NCBI RefSeq assembly: GCF_037042905.1
Contig: NC_087251.1
Coordinates: forward strand, 744,001-808,000
Source: Lytechinus pictus
Lineage: Eukaryota
Length of the DNA stretch: 64,000 bases
Reading direction: 5' to 3'
Under the pieces are notes generated by a model. It was not told the DNA's origin. It searched no databases and worked only from the letters and a program-made list of their open reading frames with translations. Made by a program: the position numbers and the translations under genes. Shown piece after piece: positions 1-12,394 of the stretch (the first letter of the stretch is position 1; every line of letters starts with the position of its first letter).

Positions 1-966
1 TGATTTTTTAATTTGACCAAGAAGAAATCCAGGCAAAGCTATTCATAATTGTGAAAAGTAATTATTTCAATTTGTTGTCATTTCTTTTAGGGATAACAAG
101 TACTTTTTACACTGACACAAGTATTTCACATAATCTAGGAGATGTTAAAGCATTTGTAGAGAAACATTATTCAAGTAAGAATGTGGAGCATATAAACAGA
201 ACATGGGTTTGGTTTCATAAAGCAGTTTAATACTGGTATAGAAACATGGCAATCCAAAATTCCATATGTAAATCTAGATTTAATCATTCCATTTTTATTG
301 AATTAGCTAGAAAAATATCATTTATGCAGATTAACATTCTTATTGAGCTCACAAAAATGACTCTTCCTCATCAAAAGCAAGAATAATTTTTTTTATTACA
401 ATATAATTGGGATCATTTGAAACCATCACAAGTTTTTTAATATCTGTAAAAAAAAATGACACATCATTTGGTATTTCTTATTCAAGTCATTCATAAAGTC
501 ATATGTAGACCCTTTTTTTAAACAGAGTCATTGCACACATTGAGAACAATTGTTGCAAAGGAGGTGAAATATGGCATTTCTATCGGTAAATATACATGCA
601 TATAGCTCAAAGAATAAAATAAAATTGAAGGACCAATGGATATTGGATATCTCTTTTATTTATTCATTGTATAATAAAGAGCAACACAGATAAATGCCTT
701 GCTCAAGGAATTGGTTCCCAAACTTTTGTGTGTTAACCAGGTGCCTTAGAACATCTTAGCCTCAGCACCAATAGATGGTAATAAATTAATTACTGTGTTA
801 TGTGATTAGACATCACCTTTAGAGTGTAGACTGTTCTTTGAATTCACATTCACATGAGCAAAGATACATCTATACCTGCTACCATCTAACAAATTTCAGC
901 TAAAGAATCATGGTGGATTAACTGTTTAAAGGTCTATCAATACCCATCTAATTCTGATATACTCAC

Positions 967-1215
967 TGATTGGTCTGCATTCATATGTAGCACAGCATGA
1001 TCCCGGCCTCCCATTACCAGCACTCATCTCATGATACTGGTAACCCTCAGCACAAACAACATCATGACACGCCCCCATGTCACATAAGCACTGAGGGGGG
1101 CGAGGGCAGCATTCACCTTCTTCCCGTTGAGCCTCTATCTTTAGACTATCTGGCGGACAATGGATATCAAAAACAATGTCGCAGCGTGCCTGAGAACAGT
1201 CTGCTGGAGTTGGCT
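967..1215 (-). CDS. CRIM1: Internal coding exon of a CRIM1-like (cysteine-rich motor neuron 1) gene
   Basis: On the minus strand, a pyrimidine-rich acceptor ttttgtcttccAG precedes 1215 and a donor GTGAGT follows 967. The exon is 249 bp, phase 1/1, with no stop: PTPADCSQARCDIVFDIHCPPDSLKIEAQREEGECCPRPPQCLCDMGACHDVVCAEGYQYHEMSAGNGRPGSCCATYECRPI. Cys spacing matches the vertebrate CRIM1 segment after the IGFBP domain as I recall it (DCSKARCEVQFSPRCPEDS...GECCPLPSRCVC...GKPGECCDLYECKP). Confidence 0.9.
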
Positions 1216-1382
1216 CTGGAAGACAAAATTGGAAACATATATTTCAACATTAATATTAGGATTTATGCATATTTATAAAGCATATAAAGCAAATAATGTA
1301 TGTGTGTGTGTGTGATTTGTGAAATCAAGAAGTGAAAGCTGATAATACATGTAAACGTGGCTGATGTACTATAAAATAGGTT

Positions 1383-1557
1383 CTGGTGGGTGTTTCATAA
1401 AGCCGTTCATAAGTTAAGAGCGACTTTAAGAATGACTGGTGATCCTTTCTTTTGGTAAATGGTATACACCAAATGTTCATTGGCGATGGGTTAGCACATA
1501 AGAAAGGATCACCAGTCGCTCTTAATTTAAGAAAAGCTTTATGAAACAGCCCCCTGG
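1383..1557. mobile_element. Short foldback MITE
   Basis: Nested inverted pairs: gtttcataaagc/gctttatgaaac, ttaagagcgact/agtcgctcttaa and actggtgatcctttctt/aagaaaggatcaccagt. Confidence 0.7.
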
Positions 1558-2688
1558 ACCCTGTTACATGAATACCTGTAGACACATATGATTGGATAAA
1601 ACAACTTTTCCTATGATCTTTGACCTGTCCTCAGCACTTGGCAGGCCTGATATCATTTCAAGCACAGACATCTATTGAATACATCTAATACTTCCTTTGA
1701 AAAGCAAAGTTCACCAACTTCATCTACACAATAACACTAAATCCATGGAAACATGAGCGGTGTGGGCAAAAGAAAAAAAAAAATGAGGCAAAATACAAAA
1801 CAGAAAATGAGGCAAAATAAAAAAATCTCGGGTGATCCCAGGACAATGAAATTTGCTCATGATCAAGCCCTAATGAAAATTTGAACAAATTTGAACAAAG
1901 GACGTGATCATATTTGAGGGTAAACATATGGCAAGAGAAAATGGCTCAACATTGTGCCAAGGCATTTATTAGGGAAGAGAAAAAGAGAAACTCTCCAGCT
2001 ATTTCTAACCCAGAAAATTATCATCATCAGATTAGTCTCACAATTATTTGTAATGAAGATACAGGCTATGTCATGGGGTCTTTAGATTACAATTCAAATC
2101 AGAAGACTTCTACAAAATAGTACATTATTTGGTGAATGATCCAGCTAATTTTTGCAAGTGAATACAAATAATTTATTCATGTTACTATACCATGTTCTGT
2201 AAAACAACAAGATCTATGCCATATTCCACACTCGAGCAAAAATAGCCCTCTCGGTCTGATTTTGTCTCTTCAATCTTTCAATCTATGTTGGCTGATCAGA
2301 CTAGAATCTAAATGAACAAACTTGGTCTGATGGAGATCCACCCTAATCAGCCAATAAAAGCCACATTATAGTCATGTCTGGAAGCAAGTTCACTGAGTCA
2401 ATGTGAGGAGGTAATTGGTTTCCAATGATCATTGTTCTGCATGAATAGCATCTAATCAATCATAGATGGATGAACTCAAACCAACATCATCTTCACTTTA
2501 CATAGAATGATAAATAGTGTTTGCAATTTCAGATGATAGCTGACAAAGATGCTGGGAGCCAAGATGCAGAAAGGGAGATATGCCAATCAATAATAGATCT
2601 GCTCCTGACATTTAAAAAAAATTCCAGTCGGACTTTGTTTTAAAAAAAAATTTAACAGTGTGTCCATAAAACAGTCTATAGCCATTTA

Positions 2689-3368
2689 GGGTGCGTTTAT
2701 GCGCCACTTTTTTACCTTAGAATCATGATCTGAATCATGATTCAAATCATGATTCTGCAGAATCACGATTGCGTTTTATAGTCAAAAGTGAAAATAAACG
2801 TCTTTCAAATCACAAACAAGAAACACAGAAAAAGGGGCATTTGGAAAGATGTTTCTGTAGAATCACGAACAAAAAAGGTTGTATGAACGTAATCGTGATT
2901 TGAATCATGATTCTATGACGTCACTATGTCGGGCTACTTCCGGCTTGACTCTGCTACGCTCAGTCTGTGTACATAATTATGTGCCATGCATGTATTTCTT
3001 GTCACATGCATTTATTTGAGTTCTGTGTGGGTCATTGCATTGTCTTCTGCATTTCATTTTGTTTTTTTCATGGCTTCAACTTTAAGCTCTAGTAAATGAA
3101 CTGGAAAGTTAAAGACGATGAGCTCAGTTTTTATAACAGTGCCAATATTAAATTGGATATATGCTGAAATTTACTTCCGAACACCATTTTTGATAAACCG
3201 ACTAGATGAATAAAAGTAAACAATATTAGGTATAAAAGACTGAATTCTGAAAGCAAAATGTGTTTTTTCGAGAGCTGAAACCATGGAAATAAAAGGATTC
3301 TTACCTTTTATTTTAGTGACCGAAACACGCGCAAAAAGTTGACCTATACTTCCTGGGTCAAACTGCAA
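2689..3368 (+). mobile_element. Truncated Harbinger-type MITE (family G), left part of a chimera
   Basis: Colinear with the reverse complement of 56747-57486 from the GGGTGCGTTTATGCGCC terminus to gtcaaactgc. Carries repeated AATCATGATT palindromes. Confidence 0.8.
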
Positions 3369-3396
3369 AGTATGGTCTGATAAGCAGGTAAGGCAC

Positions 3397-4295
3397 TAGC
3401 CTCTTGTCGAGGCCCTGTCGGCTGCTTTCCAAACGAACATGGCTAAGCAAGGGAGAGAGCGAAGCAGAGCGCTGCGAGACAGGGCCTCTAGACATCTGGG
3501 CTGAATTTCTTTTGTTTATTATTGTTTTTTTACCAATATTCCGACCAAGAACTGGTCGGTGAAAATCATCCAATGAGAGCGCGGGCCGCTATGACGTCAT
3601 ATTGAATATTCATGAGCTCATCTTGAATGGCGACCCGTGGATTCTTGGCGAAGAGTGACGACAAAATATGAAAGAGCATTGAATATGCCTCTAAAAATGC
3701 TGAATATTGACCGATTTAAGGATTTGCAATTCTATGAAATTAAATCTGCACTGACAGGACGAGATGTTTTGTAAATATACCCACAGGATATGGAAAAAAT
3801 GTAATATTTTTCAGCGATTCCACTATGCGTCGATTATCGATCTCCTCTGTGCAGTGAGGGATTAATGCTGGAGTGGAGCTTCCCCTTGACTCGAGTCTGA
3901 CCAGCGGCTGACCAGTATCTCCCAGGAAGTTTTGGGGTGGTGATGGGTCTGCATGTTACGGCCAGTACTATAGTAGTAGCAGTAGTATAGTACCACTACT
4001 TGTAGCATTTTGCTGGTTATATCCCCTTTAGTGTCCCGCAATTAAATGAATCCCCTGCAGAATAGTGGACTACTATAGTATTCCGAAACCCGGACGAAAC
4101 AGCTTTGACATTTCATTAGTTTACTAGGTGACCGGTAATATCATGACTCATGTATATTCATTAGGAAGACGTTCCTCGTGAATATATAATTCAGCTCATA
4201 TGTCAAGAGGCCCTGGCTCGCGCCAGGCCTAATTCGAATTAGGAAATCCCTCGCTTCGCTCGGGAAGCAGCCGCCAAGGCCTAGACAAGAGGCTA
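3397..4295 (+). mobile_element. Non-autonomous AcademH-type DNA transposon (899 bp)
   Basis: Imperfect TIRs of ~34 bp beginning TAGCCTCTTGTC. Exact 9-bp TSD GTAAGGCAC at 3388-3396 and 4296-4304. Contains an internal RecQ-type helicase remnant. Confidence 0.8.
3627..3837 (+). pseudogene. Frameshifted N-terminal fragment of a RecQ-like SF2 helicase
   Basis: Manual translation across frameshifts: VDSWRRVTTKYERALNMPLKMLNIDRFKDLQFYEIKSALTGRDV / VNIPTGYGKNVIF / AIPLCVDY. This fits RecQ motif 0 (F..Q) and Walker A motif I (GRDVxVxxPTGxGK). Confidence 0.8.
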
Positions 4296-5121
4296 GTAAG
4301 GCACGAGACTCAAGCTCGCTAGCTTAGCAGCTACCCACAGCGCCCATGCCCAAATACACGATTGGAAAGTAAGTTCCTGTATTTTGCCTTCACACTGCCA
4401 AAATACCTGTAACATTGGACCAAAATCCCCGCAAATTTTGTTGTCATTTATACAAGTACCTAGTATTTAGCAGGTAATTTCTTTTGGGGATATTACGTTA
4501 ATTTGCTTTCACATTGCCAAAATTACCTGGTATTTTCTGATGAGGGTAGATCAGGGAAAATTTCCCGATCAGAGAATACCTGGAACTTACGAACTTCGAG
4601 GCAGTCTGAATATGCCTAGAGACTAGAGAATATAGGTAGGCAGGTGTATGATAGGGAGTATCTTATAACAAACAACTATGCGTCTTGTCACTTCTCATCA
4701 CATCAACATTGTATTTACAGCTTCCAATTTACACTTTTCTTGTCTATTCTCTGCTATCTTGTTACCCCTCTGCTCCAATCTTAAAACGTCTACATTGAAT
4801 ATTAATCCAAAATAATTGTATTCAGGCAAGGATCCAAAATTAAATTTTAATTTCAATCGAAAGGAACTGTTATTTTAATTACTGGAGAGGGTCTGTTTGG
4901 TGTGATGGCATGAGGAATATTTTTTTCAGTTTTTCAAACAACTTTGCTGTGATGTGTTTGTAATTAAACCAAGATCTAAGTAAACTTGCGACCTTACAAG
5001 TAAAAGCTTACTTAGCAAGTAAAATTTCATGATTGTGTTTTCTTTTTATATTTTGAATATATGTATGTCATTGTAATTTGATTCATCCCTAAATTTTGGA
5101 CTTTGAACTATAGCAGTTATA

Positions 5122-6431
5122 ACTAGAACTGCAATCGTTTCAGAATGATGTGCATGCATTGACGCCTGTGATTTAATAGAGGGCAAGAAACAGGAGATAG
5201 AGAGAAAACTCTAGATGATATACATTCTGAAAATATTAGAGGGCGCTATTTCTTAAAGGAAATGGTCACTGATGTGTAAAACACAGTTGGATTATGTGAA
5301 ATGATACAAATGGCAAACCCTGAAAATATGAGATCAAAATGAATTCAAACAAGGAAGTTATGGCAATTTTACAATTTTCTGACTTTGCAATAGAGGGTGC
5401 TATTTCTAAAGGTTATAGTCACTGATGCATACAAAAACATTTGGCAATTTAGGGATGATACCATAGGCAAACCCTCAAAATATGACACCAAAATGAATAT
5501 AAACAAGGAAGTTATGGTAATATTACTATTTTTGACTTTTCAATAGAGGGCGCTATTTCTAAAGGTAATGGTCACTGATGAGTAACAAACCAGTGAATTA
5601 TGAAAGATGTTACCTTAAGCAAACCCTGAAAATATGAGACCAAAATGGATGAAAACGAGGAAGTTAGGGTAAATTTAATATTTTCCACTTTTCAATAGAG
5701 GGCGCTATTTATTAACGTAGTGGTCAATGTTGAGTTTAAAAAAAACATTTGAATTATGAGGGATGATACCATAAGCAAACCCTGAAAATATGAGACTAAA
5801 ATAATTGAAAACAATAGAGGGCGCTATTTCTAAAGGTAATGGTCACTGATGCGTAAAAAACATTTGGCATTTTAGGGATGATACCATAAGCAAACCCTGA
5901 AAATATAACACCATAATGTATAAAAACGAGGAAGTTATGGCCATTTTACGATTTTCCTACTTATATTTCAATAAATATGAACATTTTGAATGTAGACTAT
6001 CTTGGACTTGAATTTAGTGCAAGAAGACGGCATTTTGAAGGGCAGATCGTATTTATATATGAAAGAGCAACTCTTAAACTATCTACTGCAATTTGTTAGA
6101 AGTCTGTAGCATGCAGGATACGGGAGTTAGGACGGGATTATAATTAGGAATGGTAAGCAAATGGACTTAAAATTTACAAAATGGCGCCTGGATGGTCATG
6201 CATGAGTGATTTTGGAAAATGAAAGATGAGGTGCACAACTAGGGGTGCTGGAAAACATGTCTACCAAATTTGAATGAATTTGGATGAGGGACGGAGCCAG
6301 CGCAGAGCTAACAAAAACTATGTGTTAAACGAATGGGATTTTGTGGAAGAAGCAGACAGAAGACAGAAGAAGAAGACGACGGAATAGGAATACGGAACAG
6401 AGCATTGTTGCCTGTAGGCGTCAATGCAATA
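5122..6431 (+). mobile_element. HINE/DINE-1-like (Helentron-associated) element with internal tandem repeats
   Basis: Subterminal IR gcattgacgcct (5156) / aggcgtcaatgc (6416). Terminal hairpin gcattgttgcct-gt-aggcgtcaatgc. GAA/GAC-rich tract near the end, AA flanks, no TSD. Confidence 0.7.
5237..5960. repeat. ~153-bp tandem repeat, about 5 diverged units
   Basis: tagagggcgctattt recurs near 5237, 5391, 5544, 5696 and 5815 (one unit shortened). Confidence 0.85.
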
Positions 6432-8519
6432 AACTGAACTGAGTTCATAGCAATCTACACCATTCTACACAAGTTTTATCTAATACTTTTACCTTACAAA
6501 TGGTAAATTAGTGTGGATCCTGTAACCATGTAATGAGGTAAAAGCCTTAGTGATATCACAATGAATCTCAAAATCAGATATCTGTATTAGATCAAACTAA
6601 ACTAATTTCAAACTAAAATCGTTATTTTCTCAAGCAAATTTAATATTTTTTAAATTAAAAGATATAACTATGTATTTTTCTACCCACTTGTTAATCTAAG
6701 ACACATTGATTTATTTCATAAAATATTGAAATGTGTTTTTGCTTCATTTAGCAAAGGTTCTGGGTAAGATAAAGAGAACGCTGGTTGTACGGCATAAGGT
6801 CTGTACAGTGTGCTTAGTTTGTCAATTACTGTTGCATGGGACACCATAAAACCATTATTCAATTTAGCAGTAAATTTGGGTAAAGGTTAAACAGCAACAT
6901 CGCTGGAGACACCAGCTTATCTAATCACCGAGAACAAATTTAATCAATTTTTGCTAAAATGAATGGTTTTATACAGTGCTCAGCCACTGCACTCTTAAGG
7001 TAAGGCAAACAAAGTTTGTATACATCAAGATCTAGTTATAACTAGAGCGACCAAATTATACAGATGGAACAGGAAGGCAAATACTTGATTCAAAACCCTA
7101 CATTCGCTTGTCATGAACAAAAGACTGTAGTTACATAGCTCATTGGAAATACACAATCAAATTTAAATCACACCTTGCATTAGCATAATACAGTGATTGC
7201 AAACCTATTGATATTTGGGTTATATTTGATGAGGAATTTTAATGCACTTCTTTTCAATTTCAACCAATCTTGACGCAAAAAATGTATTCAATTCAGAGAG
7301 TCATTCCGAAGGGAATATGAATGTTTCAAGTCCAAGGGGTGTGTGAACAAAAATACCTGAAAAGTTTGTCGCATTGTCACGCAAGGCAATAAAACACAAC
7401 CCAGAAATCTTTTTACTGCCCTGAAAACCATTCATAACTTCACAGCGATGACAAAAGGGTCCATGCTAACACTAATATTGACGCACCCTGAAGGATGCTG
7501 TAGCTGAAGCAAATATCATTTAGTGCAGATAATGAGCCTCATATTGTATTCTTCTAAGACAATGTTTACCTGAAATGTTTAGTCTGGTAGAAGAAAACAC
7601 TTGGTTGCTTTACTTATCCCACTCTGAGCAAGATGAATAGAAGACACACCCATCCTGAGTATATATTTACAACACAATTATCACTTCAATTTAACCCTCT
7701 GAAGGAGCGCTTCAATATCATCTTTGATTCACAATTCATATCATACAACACATCACTATGTTCACACTATCTGTTCAAAGAGGGTCAAACAAAAATTATA
7801 AAATAAATTTATAAATGTATTGGCCTAGCTTTGGTTTTGCAGCAATTTTGGATGGCTTTAGTATTTGACTGAATTTTGAATACCAGGATAATTAGATATA
7901 AAAGGAATTATGGAATTAGACTTTTCAACACTTTTGAATTTCATGAACAGACATCCAACTGTCTCTAAAATCTAACATGAAAAAAATAATAATTTGTAAT
8001 TGATCATGGTAGAATTCCTGATTAGAAAATACCAAGTATTTTCTGTGATTAACTGGATATGAAAGGACCTCAACATTCATTATGGAAATGCAGGGATATG
8101 ACACAATTGTTATGTTGTGTAGTAGAAAATAAGATGGCATTCCTAGTAAATTGGTATTGATAGTCTCTAGAAGGTCAGTGTCAGGTCAAATCTAAAATGA
8201 GAGCTAAGGCTAGATAGATGATACTAGGAATGGTCATTTAGACTAGAAGTGAAGTTCAATCTGATGTCAGGTTGGTTTTAAAAAAGAATAAAAGAAAACA
8301 AGTATCAATGAAGGTTGGGTGAAAAAACCATCAGCGGATAACAGAAATGTGAATTTATTTAGACTTAATTTTTTGTGGTGTTGCTTTCAAGCGAGTTTTA
8401 AGCTAACAAGAATGTTCATATAAAAATGCGTGTTCAAACAAAATGTTGACAAAGATAATTTTCAATGAAGAAATACTATGCAACTTGGGAATCATAACCC
8501 AATAATATCCATCCTCATC

Positions 8520-9071
8520 CAGGGAGGGGTGGGGGGCCATTTACATTGACGAGTGGATACCATGCGCGACCAAAAAAACACTTAAAAAGGATGTCTTTTT
8601 CAAGATAGGGCATACGTAACGTAATAAGGGTGTCAAAAACACTTTGATACATGGTATCAACTCGTAAAAACACGTAAAAAGGATGTCTTTTTCAAGATAG
8701 GGCATACGTAACGTAATAAGGGTGTCAAAAACACTTTGATACATGGTATCCACTCGTAAAAACACGTAAAAAGGATGTCTTTTTCAAGATAGGGCATACG
8801 TAACGTAATAAGGGTGTCAAAAACACTTTGATACATGGTATCCACTCGTAAAAAACACGTAAAAAGGATATCTTTTTCAAGATAGGGCATATGTAACGTA
8901 ATAAGGGTGTCAAAAACACTTTGCGATGGTATAAAAACTTAAGACTAAATTGTTTTATAAATGTTGATGAGTGCATTTTCAGAATATGGAAAATACGTGT
9001 TTAGGGTGCTTTTCGAGACCCTATGGTTGCGCATGGTATCCACTCGTCAATGGAAGTGCCCCCCCCCCCCG
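8520..9071. mobile_element. MITE with poly-G/poly-C termini and 9-bp TSD (MULE-like by TSD length)
   Basis: TIR core cattgacgagtggataccatgcgc(g/a)acca at both ends. Exact TSD ATCCTCATC at 8511-8519 and 9072-9080. Confidence 0.85.
8573..8923. repeat. 92-bp tandem repeat (~3.8 units) inside the MITE
   Basis: ggat(g/a)tctttttcaagatagggcata starts at 8589, 8681, 8773 and 8866. Units are nearly identical. Confidence 0.95.
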
Positions 9072-9280
9072 ATCCTCATCTGTCTCACAATGTATTCTAA
9101 ACAAATTAAACTCAAGATGGGAAACATTAATCTGTCAAGATTGAAATCACATCAAGTTGAAATTCAATAGTGACTAAACCCTGTAATGTGTAATTAAGCA
9201 AATGTGAGAGGTTATCCTGAATGCAATCGAAAGGGTGATGAGCAGTTTATGAAGTAGGTGTAAAGAATCATTTACCTGTA

Positions 9281-9946
9281 TACCCCTTTCATATTGCGCT
9301 TTTCACCGGCGAAGTTCACCAGCGAAGGGGAAAGTGTCCAGTATGAAAGGTACACAGGAGAACTTCACCGGTGAAGTTCACCGGCGAACTTCTCCACCTC
9401 TAGAGGTGGAGAACTTCGCCGGCGAAACTGTTTCACCGGCGAAGTTCGCCGGTGAAAAGGCCAGTATGAAAGCAAACCGGAGAACTTCTCCTCTTTAATG
9501 ACGTCAGAGGTCAATTTTTTTCTCTCCCGAAGTCCCCTGTACCGAGATTCCGCGCGCAATAGTTGCAAGCTCAGCTGAATGCTATGGCCAAGTAGATACC
9601 CTCAATCATAATATTTTTTTACTAATAGTATTTATTAAAAAGCACTTTTTACATGTATAAAATGCGCTAAAATATAAACACAAGGTGATATTGTTTGTTT
9701 TTATTGTAATACTTCCAAAATATGTTGTAATTAATTTTTTTGATACCTTTTTGTAATAGGTAAAAAGTAATGTTTACAATATTCTTTTGTTTGTTGTGCA
9801 ATTGCCCGTTGACTTTCGCCGGGGAAGAAATGTCAGTGCGAAAGGGTACATTTTTTTCTTCGCCGGGGAAGTGAGGAATGCGAGGCGATGAAATTCGCCG
9901 GCGAAGTTCGCCGGTGAAAAATGAAGTGGGCAGTATGAAAGGGGTA
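9281..9946 (+). mobile_element. PIF/Harbinger-type MITE family I, copy 1
   Basis: TIR TACCCCTTTCATA, flanks gta/tta, many TTCRCCGGYGAA subterminal motifs. Closely similar copies at 13619 and 26198. Confidence 0.9.
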
Positions 9947-10483
9947 TTAGCACTATGAGGCGATTATTCTTTGATGTTAATAGGATGACAGACAATGGTG
10001 TTAAAAAATAAGTGTACCGCTGACTTCTGATCAGGGTACAATTTATTGTATTGACCACATCTAATGCACATCAATCATATATTTCAGAGCTGCTAAGTAC
10101 TCAAGAAAAAAACAGCTGGATCTAGGAAATTATCTTTCTCTACATTGCAATTGGACTAATCATTATTCATGGAGAAGGAAATCTCATGATCGGTCGGTTG
10201 TGATCGATGAGACAAAATTTTTTAGGAGATAGTGACCCTGAATATGAATTGATGGACATAACGTTTTAAATGAATATACCCATGTATATCTATGCTCTAA
10301 GCCTGTGTCTGAGCTGAGGTGTGAATAGTCTATCCTAACAATGATAGCAGACTGTACTATCCTAATGATGATAGCAGACTGTCCCCTCAGAAAACAGTCT
10401 AAACAAGGAGTCAATTGCACACAATCAAAGGAGGTAAACATTAAACAGGGAGAGGAAATAAGCCCAATATCTTGTTCTTGTTA

Positions 10484-10890
10484 AGGCCGTCTGCACCATC
10501 CCGAGTTTTCAAATTAGCGCGCTTTTTCTGATCCGGCAAATTATCCCGATCTAAACAATCTCGAGATTATTTGCAATGGAGACGCAATTATCGCACTAGT
10601 TCGTAGGATTAATCTCGAGATTGCAATCCCAAGTAAACTTGAGATTATTTGCAAAATATCGCGCTATTTCACGAATTATCGCGCTAATTCGTAGGTGCAG
10701 ATGCACTCGGGATTATCAATTCACGGCGTCAGACCATAATGCATCGAGGCCTTGCTTGAGCAGGAATTGCTATTCTTGCGAGTTTCGATGGTGGAGACGG
10801 GGTTTCTTGAATCTCGAGATTAATCGCGAAGAGGGCCGATCGGGCTAAAATCTCGAGATTGGGCAAACTCGGGATGGTGCAGCACCGCCT
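10484..10890 (+). mobile_element. MITE family J, copy 1 (probably Harbinger-type)
   Basis: TIR core ctgcaccatcccgagttt at both ends. Four AATCTCGAGATT palindromes. Inverted homolog at 36867-37261. Confidence 0.85.
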
Positions 10891-12394
10891 GTTGAGGGAG
10901 TGTCCTAGAAATCACTGAGATTTGGCAGCTACTGCATGTCATCTCAGATCGAAAAGGATATCAATAACATTTCAAATGCAAGTCAGTGGATAAGGCTTAA
11001 AATAACCAGACCTACTAATCTTATGGGTGGTGGTCTGTAATTGATTTCCATCTCAATGGGATCACTACATCATGATGTTGCACAATTTCTCATTAGATAT
11101 AGGAAGTGGCATTGGGCGCAACTTCACACATGCCTCTCGGGACATTAAACCTTGTTGCCATCTAGCCCCCTTCATCTCGAATTGAAGCACATTTATTAAT
11201 GTTTGAACTTGGATGAGAGTGCATGGACTACCTGCTGTTCTATTCTGTTGTTTAGTCAGAAAGAGAAAAATGTGAATTATGTAGCATAGTTCCCATCACA
11301 TCTGACCCCATGGACGGCTCCAAACTCAATCTGATTTCACACGGGAGCACAAACCAACTTTTCCAATGTAAAGGGCAATGTGAATGAATGCCTTGAAACA
11401 CAGAGCCCAGAAAAATGTTCAACCACTAGGCTACATATATAGCCTATATTATATCAAAGGTGAAAGGATGCCGTTGGCTGAACATTCATGTATTAAAAAG
11501 ATGGCACTTAATAGCCACCCTTCACTCACTTATTGCATTTAGGACCGTTCTGCACAATGCATGGCGCACGATGTAACACATAATAATTAGCCACATTCTA
11601 GGACCAATGCAACAAAATCTTCTTTGATTGCAAACGTCAAATGGCATTCACAATATCAAGTATCAAACATGAGTGCAAGAGTAGAGTATCCTGATTTAGT
11701 ATAAAAAATGGAAAATAGTGCAAAATTTGAAACCGCAGCATCGGCATTCTACACACAGTAGCACGCCCACCATGCACACACTCTTGTAGAATGCTTCTTA
11801 AAGAACGACTGTTTCCTAAAAAAGCAGTCTTGAAAATCACGGTGGTTTTCCAATCGTATTTGGAAGACCAAGACCCTTCAAGTGTAACCACTTCGAGTGT
11901 CACAATTACATGTTAACCTGGTTTCCACTATTTTAAGGACACAGATGAGAATTAAGTTTATGTCCAAAGCACCTCCTGATGTATATATACTGTATGTTTG
12001 CATGTTTTTGCATCTTAATATGAAAAATATGTCTCCTTTCTCTTAAATTGGGAAATGATATTGCCAAACAGTCTACCTTAGTATCACTTTTTGCATATTA
12101 CTTAATACCGTAGACCTGTCAAAAGTGGTCGGTCCATCACAAATGGGATAATACATTTCCTGTGAAAACCTTCTTGATATGTTGACGGGAGCTAGTGTTC
12201 ATATTCTTGAGTATCCTAAATCAAAACCAGCAGAATAAGAATACATACTTAATGGTTTTCAGCTTGTACAAACAAAGATTTAAAAAATCTAAAAAGTTAC
12301 CATTTAATAGGTCCATTTTGAAAATTAATTTAAATTATTAAGAATATCAACCCATGCAACACTATGAATTAATGCAGTAAATTCTGTTATTCAG

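Larger units (their letters stand above)
3369..4616 (-). mobile_element. Truncated Harbinger-type MITE (family H), interrupted by the 3397-4295 insertion
   Basis: 3369-3396 plus 4305-4616 align to the reverse complement of about 44501-44828 (agtatggtct...gaacttcgaggcagtctgaa). Confidence 0.8.

Noticed and set aside
997..1278. 93-aa plus-strand ORF
   Set aside because: Antisense shadow of the CRIM1-like exon.
8541..8976. Three overlapping ORFs with repeated peptides
   Set aside because: Translations of the 92-bp tandem repeat inside a MITE.
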